A stretch of 64,000 nt of DNA from positions 15,974-79,973 of IMG/VR virus record IMGVR_UViG_3300012202_000039. The stretch is one strand, 5' to 3'. A model generated the notes under the pieces. The model made no database searches. It worked only from the letters and a program-made list of their open reading frames with translations, and was not told where the DNA came from. Both the position numbers and the translations under genes were made by a program. This document shows, in pieces, positions 47,452 to 57,604 of the stretch. Source of the DNA: a virus. Within the stretch, counting starts at the first letter, position 1. Every line of letters starts with the position of its first letter.

Positions 47452-47948
47452 CCGTAGTAGTTAACAACGTTCCCTATAGTATAACAATAACACAAAATAA
47501 TATTTCTCAGACAGTTAGCGTTAATCCCACAGTTACAACAGTTTCTATATTAGAGAATTTCTCTTTAGCTACTAACTTGTTATTAGCGGGTGATGTAACT
47601 GGTGGTGCCGGTACATTTATATTAAACACTACACTAGCAGCAGTTAATTCTGCACCAGGTAGTTATACCAATCCAAACATAACTGTTGATAGTAAAGGTC
47701 GTATTACTAATATTTCTGCCGGCAGAAACATATTAATAAATACTCAATATTTTTCACCAACTAATAGTCAAATAACTTTCGTAACAACCGGATTCAATAT
47801 AGTTTTATTAGCAGTATATATTAACGGAATTAATTATACAGGTGCTTGTACGGTATCACCCATAGGGTCGGGGACTATAGTATATAACCCTACCGTGGGA
47901 GTATATACTATACAATCTGGAGATACAGTTTTAATTCAATGGCAATAA
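47448..47948 (+). CDS. fibre-type structural protein
   Basis: GDVTG...GSYTN.NITVDSKGRIT motif plus one copy of the gp7-like C-terminal repeat domain. Confidence 0.6.
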   Translation: MTVVVNNVPYSITITQNNISQTVSVNPTVTTVSILENFSLATNLLLAGDVTGGAGTFILNTTLAAVNSAPGSYTNPNITVDSKGRITNISAGRNILINTQYFSPTNSQITFVTTGFNIVLLAVYINGINYTGACTVSPIGSGTIVYNPTVGVYTIQSGDTVLIQWQ

Positions 47949-47961
47949 TTGGAGTATAGTT

Positions 47962-48309
47962 ATGGAATTTAATTTTTATGAAATAAAAAATATAATTAAT
48001 TGTATTAATGAATTAAAAGATCAAGATTTTCCAATAAAAATTTCCCACAAATTATTTAAATTTTGTCAAAAAGCAGATGATGAGTTAAAATTTGTTAACA
48101 AGGAATTCGAAAGACTTCGTAATAAATACTCTATTACTGAAGGGGAAATCTCCGAAGAAATAAATAAAAATATACAAGAAGATGCACATATAGTTATGTC
48201 TATGTTCATTGATATAGATTTTGAACCAATATCTATTAGTGATATTCCTAACGCTATAGTTATATCTATGCAAATTTATGCAATGATGAATAAACTATTT
48301 AAAGATTAG
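47962..48309 (+). CDS. hypothetical protein (possible fibre chaperone)
   Basis: L...DFPIKIS.KL helical pattern; sits beside fibre genes. Confidence 0.45.
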   Translation: MEFNFYEIKNIINCINELKDQDFPIKISHKLFKFCQKADDELKFVNKEFERLRNKYSITEGEISEEINKNIQEDAHIVMSMFIDIDFEPISISDIPNAIVISMQIYAMMNKLFKD

Positions 48310-48316
48310 GGCGAAA

Positions 48317-51300
48317 ATGAGCATTTTCACTCCTCCTAATATAAACCAGATATCTGGTTTGGCTTCTACATTATCCGGACTTACCACTTCTTTAGCAAAT
48401 AAGCAACCGTTAAATTCTATCTTAACAGCTTTATCTAGCCTATCATCTCAGGGTATTCTAGCTTTTAATGGTTCTGGGTTTAATTCATCAACTATTATAG
48501 GGACTATAGGAACTATAGCCGTAACTAATGGTAGTGGTGTCAGTGGAAATCCAACGTTAACAATAGATCCAAATTATATTGGTCAGGCATCAATAACTAC
48601 ATTAGGGACCGTATCAACAGGTATTTGGTCGGGAACTAATATAGCCTTAAATAAAGGTGGTACGAATGCTAACTTAACGGCTAATGCTGGGTCTATTATA
48701 TATTCAACAGCTTCAGCTTTAGCTTTATCTGCCGTAGGAACCTCAAATCAAGTATTAACCTCAACGGGAACAACGGCCCCAAGCTGGAGTAGTGCTAGTA
48801 ATGGCATATCAATAAGCTCCAACTTAATTAGTGCTAAAATCACATCTTCTAGCACAGGATTTGATGGTTCAGGTAATATAATAGTTAATTCCACGGCTAC
48901 GACAGGACAAATATTAAGAAGTGTTGGTACTCTAGGTGCTGAAGCTACTTGGGGTGCTTTAGATCTAAGTAATGCTAACTCAATAGCTAATAACCTGATT
49001 TTAGCTAACGGCGGGACTAACGCTAGTCTAACCGCTAACGCTGGGGCAGTAATATATTCTACAGCTTCAGCTTTAGCTTTATCTAGCGTGGGTGCTGCTA
49101 ATCAAGTTTATACTTCCACTGGTACTACCGCACCCATTTGGACCTCGTTTTCTTCGACTAATACCGCTAGTAACTTAGTACAAAGAGATAGTTCAGGTAA
49201 TTTTTCTGCTAGCACTATTACTGCTAGTTTAACTGGTGCAGCTTCACTCAATGTATTAAAAGCTGGTGATACGATGACCGGCTTTTTAACTTTAAGTGCG
49301 GACCCAACTACAGGGCTACATGCTGCTACTAAACAATATGTAGATAATAATATCCAAGGAATAACAGCTAAATTTTCTGCGCGAGCAGGTACTACGACTA
49401 CATTACCAACATATACATACAATAACGGTACTAGCGGTGTCGGTGCTACTATAACAGCTACGACTAACGCAGCATTAACCGCACAGGATGGTGTAACACT
49501 AATTCTTAATGATAATCTACTAGTTAAAAATGAAAGTGGGGCTAATCAACCCTTTAATGGTTTATATAAACTGACTCAAGTAGGAAGTGGATCCTTACCT
49601 TATGTATTGACGCGTGCCGTTGATATGGATATTAGTGCGCAGGTTCCCGGAGCATTTACCTTTATTTCTGAAGGTTCAACTTTACAAGGCACAGGTTGGG
49701 TAGCTAATCCCGGTGCTAGTTATGTAATAGGCACTACGAATTTGCCTTTCGTACAATTTAGTGCGGCCGGTGTTCCAACTGCTGGTAATGGTATTTCTAT
49801 TATTGGTCAAGTTATAAGTGCTAAAATTACATCTTCTAGTACCGGATTCGATGGTTCTAGCAATATTATAGTTAGATCTACATCTACAACGGGACAAGTA
49901 TTAAGAAGCACTGGTACTTCAGGAAATGAAGCCACTTGGGGTGCTTTAGATCTAAGTAATTCTAATGCTATTACAAATTTATTGGCTTTAACGAATGTAA
50001 ATATATCAGGTGGAACGGCGGGAGCACCATCTAACGTAACAGATTTAATACCTTATTATAATGGCACTTCTACGTCTAATAAAGTAATGACATTAACCCA
50101 ATTAGCAGCTAATACGGCATTTACTGGTACATATTTACCTCTGAGTGGCGGTACTTTAACTGGTGCTATTACTTTTAACGTTGCTGGACCGCAATTAACT
50201 ACGGCTTTAGGGACTAATTTTTCCTTTATACCAGGTACGGCAACTACAGTAACAAGTGCTGGTAATACTCTAACCTTAACCGGCGGTCCTGGGGGTGGCA
50301 CTAGTGGTAACGGTGGTGCCTTAAATATAAATGGTGGTGTGCCTACAGTTGGTACCGGAGGTATAGTTAATATAACTGGAGCTAACGGTGTAGGTACTAA
50401 CCAGAATGGTGGTGGAATAGTATTAATATCAGGTAATCCCACTGGAACTGGAACTCCAGGAAATATATCTTTAACCGCTGGTGCTTTACAGGGAGCCGGT
50501 ACCGCCGGTATTATTTCTTTAACCGGTGGTGCAGGTAATAGCTCTACAACAGGTGGAGCTATTAATATTACCAGTGGTTCAGGCGGTGGAACTGGTGTCG
50601 GAGCTAACGTTGTAATTACTGGTGGTCCAGGTGGATCTACATCGGGTAATGCTGGTAATGTTAATATTCTAGGTGGTGTGCCTACAGTTGGTACCGGTGG
50701 AGCTATTAATATAACTGGAGCTAACGGTGTAGGTACTAACCAGAATGGTGGTAATTTAGTTTTAACTGCTGGATCAAAAACAGGTTCTGGTACAGCCGGT
50801 AATATTCAATTAGCTACACAGACTGGCACATTAATAACTTTAAATACTGTAATAAATACAGCTGTGCCTATTTTAATGCCAGATGGTTCAGCGGCTAATG
50901 CTAGTTATTCATTCACTAATGATGTAGGCATGGGTATATATCGTGCTGGATCTGGACTTCTAGGCCTAGCTACTAGCGGTGTTACAAATTTCACGTTTGC
51001 TTTAGGTACATTAACTGGAATAGGAAATAATTTATCTTTAATAGCTGGAACAGCGGCGACTACATCCAGTGCAGGTTATTCTGTAACGATACAAGGTGGT
51101 CCTGGCGGTAGTTCTTCCGGAACAGGCGGAGCTTTGAGTATTCTAGGTGGTACACCAGTTAGTGGCGCTGGTGGAGCCATAAATATAACCGGAGCTAACG
51201 GTGTTGGTACTAATCAAAACGGTGGTAATATAACCATAATGGGTAGTAATCCCACTGGAACTGGAACTCCAGGAAATATATCTTTAACCGCTGGTGCTTT

Positions 51301-52123
51301 ACAAGGTGCGGGAACTCCGGCAACTGTAGCACTTATAGGTGGGGCTGGAAATAGTGCAACTACCGGCGGCGCAGTTAACTTAACTGGCGGTTCAGGCGGT
51401 GGAACTGGTGTCGGAGCTAACGTTGTAATTACTGGTGGTCCAGGTGGATCTACATCGGGTAATGCTGGTAATGTTAATATAATTGCGGGTACCCCTGTTG
51501 CTGGTAATGGCGGAAATGTTAGTATATCTGGTTCAGCTGGTGTAGGTACTACAAAAAATGGTGGTAATGTTGTAATTACTTCTGGCGCTTCTACATCAGG
51601 CGGTACCCAAGGAAATATACAATTTGCGACTACCAATGGAATTCAAGCAGAAGTAATTGATAATGGTGCTACTGCGGTTAATTTCTTTACACTTAAAGGT
51701 TCAGCAACAACAGTTGCAACTAACTTAAGTGTATCGGGAACTGATTCAAATATAGGTATAAATGTTACGACTAAAGGTACCGGTAGAATTCAGATACCAA
51801 CGATTATGGTGTCAATTAATGCCTTAGGTAATGCTACCGGAGCAGTAACATTAGACACAAGTGTATCAGAATACGTCACAGCTACGACGACAGGCGCTAC
51901 TACTTGGACATTTAGTAATGCAGCTAGTACAGGAAATGCTCATGGTTTTGTATTAGAATTAACTAACGGTGGTTCACAAACACAAACTTGGCCAGCTGGT
52001 ACTAAATGGCCCGCAGGTACAGCGCCCACTTTGACTACTTCTGGCGTAGATATATTAGTATTTTTCACTAGAGATGGTGGTACTACATGGCGTGGACAAG
52101 CTCCTGAAATTGGGAGTGCTTAG
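48317..52123 (+). CDS. long tail fibre/hair protein with internal repeats
   Basis: T/G/S/N-rich; HAATKQYVD, YLPLSGGTLTG; 17-aa G-rich repeats; C-terminal TWP...KWP.GTAPTLT..GVDIL.F. Confidence 0.8.
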   Translation: MSIFTPPNINQISGLASTLSGLTTSLANKQPLNSILTALSSLSSQGILAFNGSGFNSSTIIGTIGTIAVTNGSGVSGNPTLTIDPNYIGQASITTLGTVSTGIWSGTNIALNKGGTNANLTANAGSIIYSTASALALSAVGTSNQVLTSTGTTAPSWSSASNGISISSNLISAKITSSSTGFDGSGNIIVNSTATTGQILRSVGTLGAEATWGALDLSNANSIANNLILANGGTNASLTANAGAVIYSTASALALSSVGAANQVYTSTGTTAPIWTSFSSTNTASNLVQRDSSGNFSASTITASLTGAASLNVLKAGDTMTGFLTLSADPTTGLHAATKQYVDNNIQGITAKFSARAGTTTTLPTYTYNNGTSGVGATITATTNAALTAQDGVTLILNDNLLVKNESGANQPFNGLYKLTQVGSGSLPYVLTRAVDMDISAQVPGAFTFISEGSTLQGTGWVANPGASYVIGTTNLPFVQFSAAGVPTAGNGISIIGQVISAKITSSSTGFDGSSNIIVRSTSTTGQVLRSTGTSGNEATWGALDLSNSNAITNLLALTNVNISGGTAGAPSNVTDLIPYYNGTSTSNKVMTLTQLAANTAFTGTYLPLSGGTLTGAITFNVAGPQLTTALGTNFSFIPGTATTVTSAGNTLTLTGGPGGGTSGNGGALNINGGVPTVGTGGIVNITGANGVGTNQNGGGIVLISGNPTGTGTPGNISLTAGALQGAGTAGIISLTGGAGNSSTTGGAINITSGSGGGTGVGANVVITGGPGGSTSGNAGNVNILGGVPTVGTGGAINITGANGVGTNQNGGNLVLTAGSKTGSGTAGNIQLATQTGTLITLNTVINTAVPILMPDGSAANASYSFTNDVGMGIYRAGSGLLGLATSGVTNFTFALGTLTGIGNNLSLIAGTAATTSSAGYSVTIQGGPGGSSSGTGGALSILGGTPVSGAGGAINITGANGVGTNQNGGNITIMGSNPTGTGTPGNISLTAGALQGAGTPATVALIGGAGNSATTGGAVNLTGGSGGGTGVGANVVITGGPGGSTSGNAGNVNIIAGTPVAGNGGNVSISGSAGVGTTKNGGNVVITSGASTSGGTQGNIQFATTNGIQAEVIDNGATAVNFFTLKGSATTVATNLSVSGTDSNIGINVTTKGTGRIQIPTIMVSINALGNATGAVTLDTSVSEYVTATTTGATTWTFSNAASTGNAHGFVLELTNGGSQTQTWPAGTKWPAGTAPTLTTSGVDILVFFTRDGGTTWRGQAPEIGSA

Positions 52124-52125
52124 TA

Positions 52126-54906
52126 ATGCGTTTATGGCAAAGTTTATTAACTACATTTAATCCAACAGTAATTAATCCTCTAGCTGTAGATTTTGATGGA
52201 ACTAATGATTATCTAAATACAGGAGCTGATTTAACCGGTGATGCAGATGGCACACAATTTACATTTTCAGCTTTTATTTACGCCAATACTTGGCCGGGAT
52301 CTACAGAAATAATCTATCAAGCTGGTACTAGTACGGCGATAGGATATACTATTTCAATTAATAGTAGCGGAAAATTAGTAATTACTGGCTCAAGTTCCAC
52401 TCCCACAGTATTATTATCAGCAACGTCTAATTTTATAATTTCTGTTAAAACATGGACTCATGTACTAATTAGTGTAAATCTAACTAGTACTAGCAATAGA
52501 TCTATGTATTTTAATGATGTTGTAGATAGTAGCGTAACTTGGACAACTTATACCTCAGGCACTGTAAAACAAACTCGGGCTTCACATGGTGTTGCTGCTA
52601 TAAGCGATGGAACTAGCAAAACAACTGGTAGATTAGCTAATCTATATTTAGATTATACCTATAGAGATTTTAGTATAATAAATAATCGACGATTATTTAT
52701 TAATTCTACATTATATCCAGCTGTTATTATAGTATCTACAGCAGGAGATCCGAATTTTAATTCAGTAAAATTATTAATGTTAGGAAATACTTTAACTGAT
52801 ACTATCGGGCATGCTTTAACGTCAACAGGTTCTCCATCTGTATCGACAACTACGGTACATTCGCCAGCTACTAAGTCTATTTCTTTAAGTAACACTAACT
52901 ATTTAACTACCACATCTTCAAGCACAGACTTTGATTTATCCACAGCAAATTGGACATTGGAGTGGTGGGCAAATACTACTACAACCGCAGATAATTCTAG
53001 ATTTATTGTTTTTCAAACTTCTAGTAGTCAACAGTACGGTGCATATTTTGCTAGTAATAGCTTAGAAGTAGGATTGTTTGGTAATGGTGCTGCAATATCT
53101 TCCTTAACGATAACTGCAAATACTTGGAATCACTATGCTATAGTTAGACAGAGTAGCGGAGAAATTACATTATATTTCAACGGCACGTCGGGACAATCTA
53201 TAGTTGGTGGAAGTAATAGTGGTATTTTCAGTTTATCCTCTGGAGCTATGTCTATACGATTTGCAAATGATTTTAGTGTTAGTGGTGCAGCTAATTCAAT
53301 ATTTTTTACTGATATTAGGTTTACTGCTAGTATAGCGAGATACACCGCAAATTTTACACCTCCTGCATCAAATTTACCTACAGGGGGGCAAACTAATCCA
53401 ATTTTGTATCTACCTTTATCAACAGGTTCAACCGCTAATATTAATTCAGGGACTGGTGGTAATTTTACCCAGGTAGGGACACCAGTTACTAGTGGTAGGG
53501 GACCTAATCAATATAATACTAAAATGGGAACTTTTTCTAGTGGTAGTTGTATAAGTGTTACTACTAGTGGCTATACTAGTACAAAAACTGGAACTATAAT
53601 AGCTTCATTTCGATTAAATGCATTACCCGCGGGTAATGGGTTTATTTATATGCTTAGGGATGGAAGTAGCAATTTTTATTTTAGATTATATATTACTTCT
53701 GCTGGAGTATTAACTTTATCTGGTTTAAATAGTTCAGCTACTCAAATTTTATTAGCTACGTGGACAGGTACTGTTATAGCTAATAGAAATTATATTGTAG
53801 CAATTTCCTTTGATCTAACTAGTAGTGCAAAACGATCATTTTATGTTAATGGTGTTAGTGGAGCGATTTGGACAACTTATACAAATGACACTGTAGCTTA
53901 TGCTACGGCTACTAAAGGAGCAGTTGGTGCTTCTGACGATAATTCTAATGGAATTAATGGGCAAATCGGAGATATATACCACAACGTTAATTATTATGAT
54001 TTAACAATAGCAAGTAATAGAGCTAAGGTTTTTACTAGTACTAGCATAAATTGTATGACAGTTGATATGGGGGTGACTGGTACTACTTTAACTGGAAGTT
54101 CACCCATAGCATTTTTTAGAAATGACGCTACTACATTTAATATTAATTCTGGAACCGGAGGTAATTGGAGTTTTAATTCTACAAATCCTGCGGGTACTCG
54201 TGGAATTAATGAATATTGGGGAAATTGGGCAACATCATTTAGTGATAGTAATTATCTATCACGGGCTGCTTTAACTGAAACAAATAATAGTAAAACTTTT
54301 GTTATATCTGGTTGGGCGCAATTTACTTCATTAAATCTATCAGGTAATACTATATTTGAAATATCTAATGCAACACCTTTAATAAGATTTAGTTTTTTTC
54401 AATTAGCTGGTACTTGGGTTATACACGGTTCTAATAGTACTGGAACACTAATATTTTCTGCTACTGGTGGAACAGTATTAGCCAATACTAAATATTATTT
54501 CCAATTATCTATAGATTTATCTAATACATCTAATAGGAATTTTTACGTTAATGGCACAGTAGTTACCTTAACTTATGCTACTTATACTAATGATTTAATT
54601 AATTTTTCCGCTGCAAATGTTTTTATAGGTAAATCTAATACAGCATCAGGTTTATCAGCTACTGGTCAAATAGGAGAATTATATTTTGATACTAATTACA
54701 TAGACTTTTCTCAAGCAACTAATAGATTAAAATTTTATGATAAATTTTCTGAACCAGTATCATTAGGAGTAACAGGTTCTGTGCCAACGGATAATAGTCC
54801 AATTTTATATCTTAGATTTGATCCAGCTAATGTAAATATTAATAGTAGTGATACAGGTGGTAATTTTATTACGACTGGAACACTTACAGATGGCGGTCAA
54901 TTCTAA
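52126..54906 (+). CDS. multi-domain LamG/concanavalin A-like fibre or receptor-binding protein
   Basis: Three paralogous beta-sandwich repeats plus DP.F..V.LL...W.H.A.VR...RYTANFTPP LamG domain. Confidence 0.75.
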   Translation: MRLWQSLLTTFNPTVINPLAVDFDGTNDYLNTGADLTGDADGTQFTFSAFIYANTWPGSTEIIYQAGTSTAIGYTISINSSGKLVITGSSSTPTVLLSATSNFIISVKTWTHVLISVNLTSTSNRSMYFNDVVDSSVTWTTYTSGTVKQTRASHGVAAISDGTSKTTGRLANLYLDYTYRDFSIINNRRLFINSTLYPAVIIVSTAGDPNFNSVKLLMLGNTLTDTIGHALTSTGSPSVSTTTVHSPATKSISLSNTNYLTTTSSSTDFDLSTANWTLEWWANTTTTADNSRFIVFQTSSSQQYGAYFASNSLEVGLFGNGAAISSLTITANTWNHYAIVRQSSGEITLYFNGTSGQSIVGGSNSGIFSLSSGAMSIRFANDFSVSGAANSIFFTDIRFTASIARYTANFTPPASNLPTGGQTNPILYLPLSTGSTANINSGTGGNFTQVGTPVTSGRGPNQYNTKMGTFSSGSCISVTTSGYTSTKTGTIIASFRLNALPAGNGFIYMLRDGSSNFYFRLYITSAGVLTLSGLNSSATQILLATWTGTVIANRNYIVAISFDLTSSAKRSFYVNGVSGAIWTTYTNDTVAYATATKGAVGASDDNSNGINGQIGDIYHNVNYYDLTIASNRAKVFTSTSINCMTVDMGVTGTTLTGSSPIAFFRNDATTFNINSGTGGNWSFNSTNPAGTRGINEYWGNWATSFSDSNYLSRAALTETNNSKTFVISGWAQFTSLNLSGNTIFEISNATPLIRFSFFQLAGTWVIHGSNSTGTLIFSATGGTVLANTKYYFQLSIDLSNTSNRNFYVNGTVVTLTYATYTNDLINFSAANVFIGKSNTASGLSATGQIGELYFDTNYIDFSQATNRLKFYDKFSEPVSLGVTGSVPTDNSPILYLRFDPANVNINSSDTGGNFITTGTLTDGGQF

Positions 54907-54921
54907 TACAAAGGATTTCTT

Positions 54922-55548
54922 ATGGCTAGCGAATTATTTTGTCAAATAGTTAATAACGTAATTATTGTTTTTAATATTCCTAGACCCCTGGCTACCCCTA
55001 CAGTTAGCTTCAGTAATTCATCTTCAGATAATGATCTTCGTGATGCTGGATTTTATCCAGTAGTTCAGATAAATAATAATTATAATCCTGTTTTGCAAAA
55101 TATAACTGGCCCTATCTACAGTATAGATATAGGCAATCGTAATGTTAATGCTACTTTTACAATTATTGATAAAACTTTAGCTGAAGTAGTTTCTAATAAA
55201 TTAAGTGATTTGGCAACATATAGATATATTCAAGAAACTAAGTCAGTAATATTTAATCACGTAGCCTATTCCTTGGATTTAATATCACAGAGTAGATTAA
55301 CTACAGCCTTTATTGCGGCTAAAAATAATTTAATAACTTCTTTTAATTTTAAATCTGCTACTGGTAATTATATAGTATTATCCGCAAGTGATCTAATTAA
55401 TGCTTGTGAATATCTATTTGGCTATGTAGAAGGATGTTTTACTACAGAAGCGCAACATATGGTTAGTATAAATGGATTAACCCGTCCATTTGATGTGGTT
55501 AATTATGATATTACTACTAGTTGGCCACAAGCTAATTTTCTTATTTAG
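54922..55548 (+). CDS. DUF4376-like tail fibre assembly protein
   Basis: LA.YRY..ET, D..SQ, ...YVEGCF..E. Confidence 0.6.
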   Translation: MASELFCQIVNNVIIVFNIPRPLATPTVSFSNSSSDNDLRDAGFYPVVQINNNYNPVLQNITGPIYSIDIGNRNVNATFTIIDKTLAEVVSNKLSDLATYRYIQETKSVIFNHVAYSLDLISQSRLTTAFIAAKNNLITSFNFKSATGNYIVLSASDLINACEYLFGYVEGCFTTEAQHMVSINGLTRPFDVVNYDITTSWPQANFLI

Positions 55549-55559
55549 GATTTGATATT

Positions 55560-55964
55560 ATGATAGATGATAATTCTGCTACAACAGGTCCTCCTACCAT
55601 AGATGTACCTGTAGACCATCCAGCTGATTCAAAATTACTTGATAAAGTAATGAATCACGATCTATTCGGCCCCCATTTAATGAAAAACAAACGGGAGATA
55701 GTATTAGGTTCTTTAATATTTTCAGGTGCACTATTTTCTTTTATTATATTAGCAATGACCGTTATTAGTTTCTATATAATATATCAAGAAAAAACTAATA
55801 CGGTTAAAGTTGATAGTGATATTATAGGTATATTGAATAGTGCTCTATGGATACTTTTTCTATTTGCTACCGGCATTATTGGCTCTAGCGTATTTGGATC
55901 AGCGTATGATGCTAGTGGTTTTCGGTCTTCTATATTGGGTTTAGTTGAACGCTTAAAGAAATAG
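55560..55964 (+). CDS. holin (putative, 2 TM)
   Basis: Two hydrophobic helices, basic C-terminus, directly before spanins. Confidence 0.6.
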   Translation: MIDDNSATTGPPTIDVPVDHPADSKLLDKVMNHDLFGPHLMKNKREIVLGSLIFSGALFSFIILAMTVISFYIIYQEKTNTVKVDSDIIGILNSALWILFLFATGIIGSSVFGSAYDASGFRSSILGLVERLKK

Positions 55965-55976
55965 TAAGGAGTTAAA

Positions 55977-56423
55977 ATGTTACCCTTCTTAAGTAATCCT
56001 TTATTATCTATAGCTTTAGTTATGGCACTAGTAGCCGGTGGATTCGGTGCTTTTGAATACCATCAAAGTGTAGTAGCTAATTTTGAAAAGAATGAAACTA
56101 TATATCAGGCTAATGCACAAAAAGACAAAGAAGCCATAGAATCTAGAGATAAACAAATAGAGTCTTTAAAAATTATTAATACACAAATTATTGCTGAAAA
56201 TAAAGCGGCGCAAGATTCTAACTTATCAGCTCAGAAGAAAATAAATGATATTCATGATGCTATTCTAAATCCAAAACGTCAGAAAACTTTAGCTACTATA
56301 CGAGAAAATCCTAAAGTAGCGCCTTTGTTAGTAGATAAGTTAAATAGTTCTGCCGCTTGTGAAATTACACATATTAATGATTATGATGGTAAATGTACCA
56401 ATGGGACTTGGAAAGTAAACTAA
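55977..56423 (+). CDS. inner-membrane spanin (Rz-like)
   Basis: N-terminal TM, coiled coil, C-terminal Cys pair. Confidence 0.75.
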   Translation: MLPFLSNPLLSIALVMALVAGGFGAFEYHQSVVANFEKNETIYQANAQKDKEAIESRDKQIESLKIINTQIIAENKAAQDSNLSAQKKINDIHDAILNPKRQKTLATIRENPKVAPLLVDKLNSSAACEITHINDYDGKCTNGTWKVN

Positions 56424-56424
56424 A

Positions 56425-56778
56425 ATGAAAAAGTATTTTTTATTACTATTACTTAGTATATCCGCTTGTTCTAACCCTTCTCCTCCTATGGTTATAACTA
56501 ATACTATAGTGCAATATCCTGAATTTCCACCCGTGCCGGCAGTTCCACCTTTGAATTTAGAAGTATTTAAATATGACTTACCAAGAGATAGTAAAGGCAA
56601 TATACTAAATAATCCTAATTCTTTTGTGTGCCTATCCCAGAATGATTTTAACACTTTACAATTAGATTTTAATAAATTAAAAATTCAAATAAAATTATAT
56701 CAAAATAGAATAGATGAAGTTAATAATCTTAGAACGCAATGGATAGATTTAAACAAAAATAAAGCCACTAAGAATTAA
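56425..56778 (+). CDS. outer-membrane spanin lipoprotein (Rz1-like)
   Basis: MKKYFLLLLLSISAC lipobox followed by Pro-rich segment. Confidence 0.8.
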   Translation: MKKYFLLLLLSISACSNPSPPMVITNTIVQYPEFPPVPAVPPLNLEVFKYDLPRDSKGNILNNPNSFVCLSQNDFNTLQLDFNKLKIQIKLYQNRIDEVNNLRTQWIDLNKNKATKN

Positions 56779-56803
56779 CTTAGTGGCGGAATATTTTAAA
56801 CGT

Positions 56804-56835
56804 AAAAAGGAGGATCCAATTGGATCCTCCTTTTT
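56804..56835. terminator. bidirectional terminator between convergent modules; perfect 32-bp palindrome
   Basis: AAAAAGGAGGATCCAA|TTGGATCCTCCTTTTT; a second hairpin at 56764-56787. Confidence 0.9.
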
Positions 56836-56839
56836 CTAT

Positions 56840-57544
56840 TTAACCAATGATAGTAAAAATACTCTTAGCTGATTCGTTCAAGATTTCCTGAAAGAGAGTA
56901 AGATCATCTTCACTAACTTGTAAAGTCCGCATATGTGACTTAAATTTCTTTACGCGCATTGTAGTAACTTCTTCCTTAAGAAGCTCATTAATGCGCTTCA
57001 TTGAACGATAAACTAAATTCTTTTTATTTTCAATATTTTCCGTCAAGCCTTCAATATTCGAAGTTGACTGTACATTTTCTACTGTAGGAATAATATTCTG
57101 AAAGCCACTAAATCCAGAGCTACTACTCTCTACCTTATGATTTTCTAAGATATTCAATAGCTTAAGATAACTAATAATACGCTTCTCTAACTTATTCTTA
57201 ATTCCTTCAGGGATTGCAGAATAAAAATCTTTTGCTTGTTCCAGAGGAATACTAGTTTCACTAAACTCAAAATCTACATTACCAACATTACTCTCAACTA
57301 AGTTGAGAGCAGCTTCAGTAGTCTTCTTATCCTTTTCTTCAGGTAAATCATAGCTCTTATTACGTAAGAGGTCAAAATTGATCTGACCTTTAACTGTAGT
57401 TAAAAGCATAATAGGACTACTAGATACGGTAGGTAGTTGAATCTTATATTCTGGATAAAATCCAACGTTAGTTGTGATTTCCTCAATATCTTCTAACTTA
57501 TAGAAAGCACCAGTTTCATTAAAAAACACTAACTTAGCACTCAT
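56840..57544 (-). CDS. hypothetical protein (234 aa)
   Basis: ATG at 57544 with GGAG RBS; the ORF-track TTG start coincides with the -35 box. Confidence 0.65.
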   Translation of the reverse strand: MSAKLVFFNETGAFYKLEDIEEITTNVGFYPEYKIQLPTVSSSPIMLLTTVKGQINFDLLRNKSYDLPEEKDKKTTEAALNLVESNVGNVDFEFSETSIPLEQAKDFYSAIPEGIKNKLEKRIISYLKLLNILENHKVESSSSGFSGFQNIIPTVENVQSTSNIEGLTENIENKKNLVYRSMKRINELLKEEVTTMRVKKFKSHMRTLQVSEDDLTLFQEILNESAKSIFTIIG

Positions 57545-57574
57545 TTTAATCTCCGAATAGAAGTTTACTAGGTT

Positions 57575-57604
57575 ATTGTAGCATAATTCAGTCACACCTG
57601 TCAA
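57575..57604 (-). promoter_or_regulatory. sigma70-type promoter TTGACA-N18-TACAAT with extended TG
   Basis: Minus strand TTGACAggtgtgactgaattaTGcTACAAT, 30 nt upstream of the ATG. Confidence 0.75.

Noticed and set aside
48317-54906. Diversity-generating retroelement or invertible fibre cassette
   Set aside because: No reverse transcriptase or invertase in the window; repeats are direct, in-frame and not adenine-specific variants
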